This document shows, piece after piece, positions 54,222 through 64,000 of a DNA stretch of 64,000 bases. Below the pieces are notes generated by a model. The model did no database searches, was not told the DNA's origin, and was given only the letters and a program-made list of their open reading frames with translations. The stretch's first letter is position 1. Every line of letters starts with the position of its first letter. Source of the stretch: Octopus vulgaris (taxonomy: Eukaryota); NCBI GenBank assembly GCA_951406725.2, contig OX597823.1, positions 50,654,001-50,718,000 on the forward strand, given 5' to 3'. Position numbers and translations under genes: made by a program.

Positions 54222-54379
54222 CTTTATTTTAAGCAGCAGAAAATTCAACAAAATCTGTTACTCTGAGTTTCTCGTTGCCGTTCATCAGACACTTTTTGCT
54301 TGCAAAAACTGTCTGATGAACGGCAACGAGAAACTCAGAGTAACAGATTTTGTTGAATTTTCTGCTGCTTAAAATAAAG
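54222..54379. repeat. Near-perfect 158-bp palindrome
   Basis: Arms CTTTATTTTAAGCAGCAG...CATCAGACAC and reverse complement; 1 mismatch near the centre. Confidence 0.95.
54305..54351 (+). ncRNA. Type I minimal hammerhead ribozyme (mirror copy on minus strand at ~54250-54296)
   Basis: CTGT CTGATGA a-CG-GCAA-CG-a GAA ACTC a GAGT A^ACAG: stem I CTGT/ACAG, GNRA-capped stem II, stem III ACTC/GAGT, GUA triplet. Confidence 0.8.
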
Positions 54380-54433
54380 TATATATCTATATATATATGT
54401 ATAAGTATGTATGGATATGTATATATGTAAATA

Positions 54434-54491
<58 letters not shown>

Positions 54492-54635
54492 TGCATATAT
54501 ATGTATATATGTATATATATGCTTGTATATATATATGTATATGTATATGTATGTGTATGTGTATGTATATATATATATATGTATATATGTAAATATATAT
54601 GTATATATATATATATGTATATGTATGTGTATGTG

Positions 54636-54671
<36 letters not shown>

Positions 54672-54679
54672 TATATAAA

Positions 54680-54833
54680 GATAAGAGAAGAAATGGAGCA
54701 ACAGTTAACAATTAGAAGTTGATCATTGGTATTAAAAGGTCATAGTTTAATTGTAGTTCAATTGAACTATGATCTTTCAAAATTCAATGATCAATTTCTA
54801 ATTGTTAATTGTTGCTACATTTCTTTTCTTATC
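54680..54833. repeat. Imperfect ~150-bp palindrome
   Basis: GATAAGAGAAGAAATGGAGCAACAGTTAACAATTAGAAGTTGATCATTG / CAATGATCAATTTCTAATTGTTAATTGTTGCTACATTTCTTTTCTTATC. Confidence 0.85.
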
Positions 54834-54992
54834 CGAATATATTAAACCGCGGTTTTACCATTTAAATTACAAACTACTGTTAACCTTATAGCAAGGCCTA
54901 CCCACAGCGAGGTAATACAACAGTGCTGCCTACGGCTAGATTTAGCACTTAGACGGTTACATAACCTCTAACTCATAATTTATACATACATA

Positions 54993-55445
54993 CGGAATAT
55001 AGATGTTGGTTTGACCGCCGTCCGTGCAACATCTATATTCCTCCCTGTGCCTGTCAAACCTTGTATCCCTGCCGTAAGGCCTTATTTCCATGCACACCAG
55101 CTTAATTTAATTCGTCCTTAGTCGAAAGACACCTGTTTTTATGTCCTGTTATTTGTATTTGTGAAACATACTCCGTTATTTTTCAGTCCTTGTTTTCGTA
55201 TACATTCGCTGCTTTCTTCCAAGGAATCTAATGCTCTTAGATTAGTTTTTCATTGGGGCTGGCCAGATTGGAGCAATCTCGAGTATAACCAGCCGAAGTT
55301 GCAAAGATAATCTGGAACTCGACTGAAGAAAGAAAACTCCGAATGACCCGTCCTTGTTTTCTTTGTATCGTCTATCTGGATTTTTTGCTGTCCCTTTTTT
55401 GTTTCACCTAACTCTCTGGATGTTTTACGTTCTTGTCCCATTTTG
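54993..55445 (+). mobile_element. Retrozyme-like element (subfamily 1-related), single diverged copy
   Basis: Homologous to the array unit: GTCGAAAGACAC, CATTCG, motif core, CGAATG, ACGTTCTTGTCC; ends in (TA)/(TG)n. Confidence 0.75.
55203..55345 (+). ncRNA. Permuted hammerhead-like motif (core 55257-55329; predicted cut after 55278)
   Basis: GGCTGG CCAGATTG GAGCAAT C TCGAGT ATAA CCAGCC GAA GTTGCAA AGAT AATCTGG A ACTCGA CTGAAGA; 73 nt, collinear with the array motif. Confidence 0.7.
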
Positions 55446-55637
55446 TATAATATATATGTGTGGGTGTGTGTGTACGCGTGTGTGTATATATACAGGTATA
55501 TACATACTTGTATATATATACATATGTATATATATATATATATGTATATACATATATTTATATGTATATATATATACATATATACATGTATGTATGTATA
55601 TGCACACACACACGCACGAACATACATTTATATATAT

Positions 55638-55683
<46 letters not shown>

Positions 55684-55822
55684 GTACATATATATATATA
55701 TGTGTATCTACATATATATATATGTATATATATATGAATATATATATGTATGTGTGTCTATCTATCTATATATGTATATTTATATATCTACACAGATATA
55801 TATACATATGTATATTTATTTG

Positions 55823-55857
<35 letters not shown>

Positions 55858-56724
55858 ACACACACACACATATGTACGTGAATCTGTGTATGTATATATC
55901 TATGCTTCTTTGTTATTTGCGTGTGTGTACTGATATGCGTGCGCAGAACATCATCGAATGCGAGAATAATCTGTGTTCTGTGTTTTTGCTAACATCACCA
56001 ACCAAAGCAGTCCAAATGTTATCGCAACTATTAAACAATGTTTTCATATTGATTTCTTCGAGTCGCTTTACAAAGTACATCGTTGTTATTACACAAAGGA
56101 CCACGAAATAGCGTTTTATATAATTATTGGTTCATCCTACCAACCTCATACACGAAAAGCCTCGAGCTTCTTCTGTATCTAAATTTGTTATTTGTTCTTT
56201 GCAAACTCTAGTTAATATCTGGACTGTTTTGGGTCTCCAGAGATGATCGAAATATTCCACGTAGATCTGCGATTGCTGAGATTCTGTAAAACTGGAGGAG
56301 AATATATGAGTGGTAAGTTCTGTTTATGTAGCTGTACAGGACTATATATTACGGATTGAATACACGAATTCTTCCTCTCGACTAAAACTTATTTTTAGAA
56401 TTGCCTAAACATTCTTTGGTTATTTGTTTGAAGTGACATATAGTTTTGTTGAATATATAGCCTTGAAAGTATTTGTGGTATTTTTAAAAAAAAGGTCTGG
56501 GAACAATAATGAAAATTCTCAACGAAGCAGTATTTCTTGAGATCAAACAAGGTGACTTTGAAGTGATTTTGCAAAGTTATTTCAACAGTTTAAATAGCAA
56601 AATACACAATGTACATCTCTTCGATGATATTTAAAATGATCACTTGTTGATTCGTTAAGCAGGTGTATTGTTTAATAGGTTTTCTTTTAAAGAACAATTG
56701 AAGTAAATTTATTATTAATACATA

Positions 56725-57100
56725 GGCGCTGGTGTGGCTGTGTGGTAATTAGTTTGCTTCCCAACCACATGGTTCCGGGTTGAGTCTCACTGCGTGGCAC
56801 CTTGGGCAATTGTCTTCTGCTATAGCTTCGGGTCAATCAAAGCCTTATGAGTGGATTTGGTAGACGGAAACTGAAAGAAGCCCGTCGTATATATATATAT
56901 GTTTGTGTGTCTGTGTTTGTCCCCTATCATCACTTGACAACCGATGTCGGTGTGTTTACGTAACCGTAGTTCGGCAAAAGAGACCGATAGGACAAGTACT
57001 AGGCTTACGAGGAATAAATTCTGGGGTCGATTTCTTCGATTAAATGTGGTGCTCCAACATGACTGCAGTCAAATGACTAAAACAACAATAAAAGAATATA
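56725..57100 (+). mobile_element. SINE family B, full length
   Basis: Collinear with 43201-43600. Confidence 0.9.
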
Positions 57101-57637
57101 AATCTATGCATGAGACTTTGTGTGTGTGTGTGTGTGTGTGTGTTTGTCCCTCACCACATATTTGCAAAGGTGTTACCACTGAGAATGGCCTGCAACGTTC
57201 GCTGCAACAGATGTCACCCTCACCCCGCCCCCACTGCATGGGGTACATTTCTCAAGCGAGTCGCAGGTATCTCGATTTTGTGCAGAAAATCAACTGTGCA
57301 GGGTCCGAAGATCACCTGATTTCTCAACGTGTGATTGAAGCTAAAGGGCTTCACACTAAATATTAAATAATTCCAGTATTCTCTGTCATTTTTGATTATT
57401 TTGTTATTTTTTCGACCGTTCTGATCATTTTGGCCGCCATGGGTTTTGCAGTAAATCACTAAATCATCCATAACTTTTGTATTATCCTATCAAATTACAC
57501 CAAAATCTCAGACAATAACAATTAATATTGTATTTATTGTCTGTGAAAATTATAGAATATAAAACAACTTTGATAAAAACTTATACCTACTTTTCTGGCG
57601 AAAACAATGCCGTTCTGAACATTTTAGCCGCAACTGT

Positions 57638-57805
57638 ATATACGACGGGCTTCTTTCAGTCTCCGTCTACCAAATCGACTCACAAGGCTTTGGTCGGCCC
57701 GAGGCAATAGTAGAAGAAACTTGGCCAAGGTGTCACGTAGTGGGACTGAACCCGGGATCATGTGGTTGGTAAGCAAGCTACTTACCACACACCCACTCCT
57801 GCGCT
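57638..57805 (-). mobile_element. SINE family B, 5' half
   Basis: Head and CORE-like part only. Confidence 0.85.
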
Positions 57806-57888
<83 letters not shown>

Positions 57889-57912
57889 ATGTATGTATAT
57901 ATATATATATAT

Positions 57913-57977
<65 letters not shown>

Positions 57978-57978
<1 letters not shown>

Positions 57979-59143
57979 TAGGTCTGATCAATAAGCAATC
58001 GGACTGGTGCTATAAAAGCAATACTACAACACGTACCAATTCGGCATTTAATCTCCTACAAAGTAGCCCCCCTCAGAAGCCACACACTTAATCCAGTGCT
58101 GTTTCCATTGATGGAAGAATTCCTGGAACTCGCTTTCTGGGATACTCAGCAGCTATTTCGTCGCATTCGCATTCATTTCCTTGTCGTCCTGAAATCTTCT
58201 TCCTTTCAAGCGGGATTTTGGTTTTTGGAAAGAGGAAAAAGTCGCAAGGGACGAGATCTGGGGAATGCGGTGGCTGTCAGACCTGGGTTATGCCGTGCCT
58301 AACCAAAAACTGCTGCACAAGCTGCACTGAATGGGCAGGTGCTTTGTCAGCTGAAAGTAGTTTTGGCACAAACTTGGCAGACACACGTATCATACTCAAA
58401 TCTTCGGTGATAATGGACTGAACTGAACCGTATCTAATCTGCACATCTTCTGATAGCTCCTGGATGGTGATTCGACGATTTCCCCTCACAGCTGCACGCA
58501 CATGTGCGATGTTTTTCTCAGTTCTGCTGGATGCAATTCTCGTAGAACGCTCGTCACTGTCGACAATTTCCCGGCTCGTACACACCTCTCCATACACTTC
58601 CATATTTCTTTATTGCCCCCCAAGGGGCTAAACATAGAGGGGACAAACAAGGACAGACAAAGGGATTAAGTCGATTACATCGACCCCAGTGCGTAACTGG
58701 TATTAATTTATCTATACCGAGAGGATGAAAGGCAAAGTCGACCTCGGCGGAATTTGAACTCAGAACGTAGCGGCAGACGAAATACCACTAAGCATTTCAC
58801 CCGGCGTGCTAACGTTTCTGCCAGCTCTCTGCCTTATACTTACACTTACTCTCTTTACATTTTCTGCAACTTTGCACAGGCCTCTGAACAGGTATCGCCA
58901 AGCTTTTGGTAAAATTTGATGCAGATTCCCTGCACAACTTCTCTGCCATGGTCAATGTGAAGATCACATGTTACACACGTTCTATCCAAGCAGCGCTGTA
59001 AACAACGGAAGTGAGCTAGAACGTTAAAACTTAATGCGCGTGCACAGCAGAGTTCAAGGTCAATTTGTGCCAAGCAGCTTCACTCTGCGTGCTTTAGCTT
59101 CGTTACTATAGCAACAGTCCTGATACTTATTGATCAGACCACT
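57978..59143 (-). mobile_element. Defective mariner element with both TIRs, interrupted by a SINE
   Basis: TIRs GGTCTGATCAATAAG / CTTATTGATCAGACC; minus ORFs CIKFYQKLGDTCSEA, RRITIQELSE..GSVQSIITEDLSMIRVSAKFVPKLLS, PHSPDLVPCD. Confidence 0.9.
58603..58834 (-). mobile_element. SINE family A nested in mariner
   Basis: Near-consensus copy. Confidence 0.92.
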
Positions 59144-59289
59144 TATACATATATACATTCTTTACATTTGAACAAGGTTTCAGACCTTTAGAAAAAGCGT
59201 AAACGAAACTGAATTGACGATAGTGTATAACTGGTAGTTATTAATCTACTCCGGTGGATTTAACCGAAGAACATGAGAGAAAGGACTAA

Positions 59290-59460
59290 ATAATTATTTC
59301 TACTATAAGCAGAAGGTCTGACATTCTGAGGGAGTGGAGTTAATCGATGACATTAACCCCAATACTTAACTGGTGCTTAACTTTTCGATCCTGCAGGGAT
59401 GAAGGGCAAAGTGGACTGCGGTGGGATTTGAACAAGGAACGTAAAGGCAAACGAAAGGAA
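59290..59460 (-). mobile_element. SINE family A, decayed
   Basis: GATGAAGGGCAAAGTGGACTGCGGTGGGATTTGAAC. Confidence 0.65.
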
Positions 59461-59560
59461 TAAATAATGATAGTCATTTTGTCATGAACTTTTAAAGTTT
59501 TCTTCAATCTGCAGTCGAGTGATGATGTTATAATGTTATACATTGAAACGAGAGAGAGAG

Positions 59561-59612
<52 letters not shown>

Positions 59613-59903
59613 GAAAGAGTGAGAGAGAAAGAAAGATCTTTGAAAGGTTACTTATGAATTAGAAGCCACTTCCCAATAAAAGAGTCAAATTGGGGCTTGA
59701 TTTGTTAATAAAATTATGTATTACATTCAATAAAAACAATTCACAGCAAATTGGTAAATACTTCGCTTTAGCTATCTGTAAATGCCTTTTATATAACGTA
59801 TATATATATATGTATGTGTGTGTATGTATGTGTGTGTATGTATGTGTGAGTGTATGTGTGAGTGTGTGTACGTGCGCGCGTGCGTGCGTGTGTGTGCTTG
59901 TAG

Positions 59904-59935
<32 letters not shown>

Positions 59936-61170
59936 GCATATAGATAATCGTGGTGCTATATAGGTGCTTATTTATAAAAGATCATATACATATACACCTA
60001 CAAATGGCGCAATCCCTGATGATATACACACTAAAAGAATTTCCGTTGGTCCTTGTGATTAAGTTAGTATTTCTTCAGGTGCAACCAAAAATTTCGAGAC
60101 TATCCTGCTGCTAAAGACCATATAAACTGCAGGAAGGTAGTAAGGTAAAAACTGAAATCCCTTTATGGCTAAGTTGCTTCGAATACAAGACATTTTTCTT
60201 TATCCAAAAATAGTTATCCAGCTTGACTATAATTTCAAGTTGCGTAGTACCTAACAATTCGATGTTAAAAGGAATGGACAAAACCAGAAAAGGAAGGGAT
60301 ACAATTGACAGCAAACGGCTGACACAATCAGCCTCATCACTATCATCACTATCATCACCAAAACCCTCACCACCAACACCATGACAACGACCACGACCGC
60401 AATCCTCATTCCCACCACCACATTATCACCAAACCATGGAAATGACAGAAGAAGCATAGGAACATATCTAAATGATAGGAGCGAAGAAATAGCGATTGGA
60501 GGAATGTATTTCATTTAAGTGAATGCTGGGGTTTTGTTAGGAATATTTGTCCGAGGAGTAGAAAAATCCTTTGTAGTAACAATAGAATAGACACATTTAG
60601 TTAAATGAAGTGTGTTTAGCATTCAAGTGACTGGCAGGTTTTGTTCTGAGCATATTTGAACTTTGTTAAATGTTATGCTTTTATATCACGGTGACACTCA
60701 GAGATAATGCTTAACCCGGGCTTCTATGACATGAAGTGAAAGAGCTACAAATCCACTCCTCTTTATGGCGCAAATTCTATCATTGAAATTACAATAGTTG
60801 CGTGCAATATTTTATTACGTCTATAAAATATGAAATGGTGTCATAATTTCTAAGGTAAATTTGATTGATTTATTCCTGAAAATTCTTTTAGGTTTGTTCT
60901 ATCGTTAGGAAAGGAATCATCAATTTAAGCAGAAATGATACATTTACATATTTATAAAAGAGGTTTTTCTATTGGCTGAGTGTGTTTTTGAAAGAGACAC
61001 AATATGAAACTCAACAGGTGAAGGCATATTGCATTTTATGGGTATCTTACATCGTCAAATACATTAGAAATAGATCTCGCGATATACCATCGATAGTGAC
61101 TTAGGGAGCCTAATCTACAGAAATCAAAATCCTGGTACCAGATAATCAGACATACTGTCAGCATCGCTAG

Positions 61171-61282
<112 letters not shown>

Positions 61283-61662
61283 GCGTATATATATATATAT
61301 ATATAAATTGTGAAATTTGATTCAGTATTTCTAAATTGAATTTTTCCCTGTAAGTTAGGAATAATATTCCCTCAAATAATAATTATATATATATATATAT
61401 CTGTATATATATATATGTATATATATGTATGTATGTATATGGTGGGGGATGCTTATTTAGTAAGCTGTATGTATTTTCAAAGAACTAGAAGGGAAATCGT
61501 GAGGAGGACTAGTTTTATAGTCCGCATATTTTGGAGTTAGAATCTACAACTGTGTATATAAAAGAGTACTTATTGAACACAAAATCAAAGAAAGTATCTA
61601 TAAAACATTTTGTTACATCATCTTAGGGTGTATTTTATTAACAAAGTGTGGCTATTAGTTAA

Positions 61663-62099
61663 ATAGTGTCAATATGATCAAATTCCAGTTTAATTATGTA
61701 ATTTAAATTGTATAACTAATAAGCGTTCTTTGATAATAAAAACGTGCATAAGATGTTTCAAGCAATCTCACATCTTTTATTATATATACATATGTATATT
61801 TATATATGTACATATATATGTGTGTCTGTGTATGTATGCATATATATTTATACACACACACATATATGTATATATATATGTGTGTATGAGTGTATATGTG
61901 TGCGTGTGTATATATATATATATATATATATATGTACATACTTAACATATATGTACGTATATATAATAAAAGATATGAGATTGCTTGAAGCATATTTAGC
62001 TATGCCATCTTATGCACGTTTTTATTATCAAAGAACAATTGTTAGTTATACAATTTAAATTACATAATTAAATTGGAATTTGATCATATTTGACACTAT
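61663..62099. repeat. ~125-bp inverted repeat arms around a TA/TG microsatellite (foldback/MITE-like)
   Basis: ATAGTGTCAATATGATCAAATTCC...TCTTTTATTATATATAC and reverse complement, with a ~15-bp indel. Confidence 0.9.
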
Positions 62100-63566
62100 G
62101 GACTCAGATGGAGAGATTTTAGCAAATGCAGATATGAACTGCATTGGCAGAAATTTGATCTACTGAATTAAATGACCGAATTGCGAGGAACTATTTATTG
62201 GCGAGACAGGGAATGCATTATGAGAATGCTCACGAGTCCACAGACAACAAATCTGGAACACCAATGTTCGCCAAATTTCATTGAGCGAACATATAGAAAC
62301 CTGTGGTCAGAAAATGTTCCTAATTTTTCGCTTCCACAAACTACGTTGACACAAGTGAGGTTGGAAGAAAACGTTTTATTAAAATGTTCAAACCTGTTCT
62401 GAACGGAAATAACAACAATAATATAATAACCAGTTAATGATGTTGATTAAAAAATATCTTTAACATATGGATATAAGCAAATTACAGAATATCGGTACGC
62501 CTGGCAAACCGTGACGTTTGAGCTTCATGCGGATTGGTCAAAACCGTATTCCAAAATTTCAGCTTATTGGAGCGTTCTAAGAGGTACTACAGTTGTCAAG
62601 AACCCAAATGTCAGTTAAATACATTTTGGAATCTGATGATTAATACGAACGTATGAAAGTGCTAATTGAACGTTATGAACATTACAAAATATTGTTTAAA
62701 TGTTAAAATACCATAATAAAAAATTTGAAAACCAGGCCATGTTTTAATTCATTCAACTGATACACACACATACACACACACATAATATATATACATAGAC
62801 ACACACACACATAATATATATACATAGACACACACACACAATTCAAAAAAATTATCGGACGACGATTATTTGTGGCCGGGTTTTAACCCGGGCCGTTTTT
62901 TGACCTTTCAATAGCTTAAAACTGACAGGGATAGCATACTCATCCTGTAGATTGTATTTCCTCATTAGTAGAGACAGGATCTTCTTTGGTGAGGCAGAAA
63001 TTGCGTGGATCCAATGAATCAGCTTGTTGAAGCTTGCATTCACCTCATACCAACCTCCCGCATTACAATGCTGGGAATTTTTTTATTGAAGCTTACTCCT
63101 CTAGGTATGCGTGCCCCAGGACTGTTTATTTTTGTATTCACAGCTAACCTTCACATCTGTAGGCTCGGTGAATGGAAATTTTGTCTCCAAAAAGATAGTT
63201 TGGCTCAATGATCCCCAACTATCTTAAAAGCCCTCCCTCCAGATTTTCTCATAGCCGTTCACACTGCCGTGTGTTATAACTTAAGAAAAAAGAAAAAAAT
63301 ACAACAGAATATAAAAATATCTTAAAATATATTCTTTTATTTTCTTCCTATTTTTTTCGATATTTCCTAATAATTGATTGAATAGTTAGCAGCTTGACAT
63401 AAAATAATTAAGAAATCCTCCTCTATCCGTCGCCAGATATGTGAGAATCCACAATATTTTTCTTAGGTCTTTTTGCTTTTGCATTTTTTCCATTATAATT
63501 GAAATGGTAAGAAAAAAATGTCGATAGTTTCGACACATGAACAAATCTTGAGTACACTAACAATTA

Positions 63567-63624
<58 letters not shown>

Positions 63625-63909
63625 TATACTTAATAGTTTACTTACCATTTTGAATTAATTTTTAAACCAAAAAGTTATTAAATAAAATATGAATAATTTT
63701 GCACACGCTTCGTCCTATAATTTTTTGAATTTTGCTAAATTTGATTGCTAACCTTTGTAAAAATAAATTAATGGTTAAATAAAATTGTTTATATTAATAA
63801 AGTACAAAAGATATTACAAACCTATTAGTGATAAGAAGAATATTTTAAAAATCAATTTTATTCTGACTATATAAAAACTTATGAACAGCACTGTATTTCT
63901 GTGTATGTG

Positions 63910-63941
<32 letters not shown>

Positions 63942-64000
63942 TGTATGTATGTATGTATGTATGTGTGTGTATATGTGTGTTTATCCCTTAGCACTATTAG

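Noticed and set aside
54875-54925. Twister-like fold (ACTGTT/AACAGT, CCTT/GAGG)
   Set aside because: Conserved twister L1/L4 residues and both pseudoknots could not be assigned.

Overview
AT-rich eukaryotic repeat landscape with no recognisable host gene. The SINE families and the very high microsatellite density suggest an octopus (coleoid cephalopod) genome; this is inference. Nearly all listed ORFs are microsatellite read-throughs. The window holds many tRNA-derived SINEs, mariner, hAT and Helitron relics, R4/Dong- and RTE-type LINE fragments, and two Penelope-like GIY-YIG fragments. The main finding is a family of roughly 0.5-0.9 kb non-coding elements sitting in (TA)n-type microsatellites: 15476-15996, a 4-copy 859-bp array at 29975-33375, 38465-38955 and 54993-55445. 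They occur as tandem and circularly permuted copies. Each carries the hammerhead core (NUH, GAAA, CUGANGA; single substitutions in two copies) in a scrambled, pseudoknotted strand order, with compensatory base changes between subfamilies. This is a candidate retrozyme-like circRNA system with an unusual, possibly obligate-dimer, hammerhead topology. A canonical type I hammerhead in a palindrome (54222-54379) and a candidate HDV-like fold (37257-37334) are also present. All structures were read by eye and are untested.
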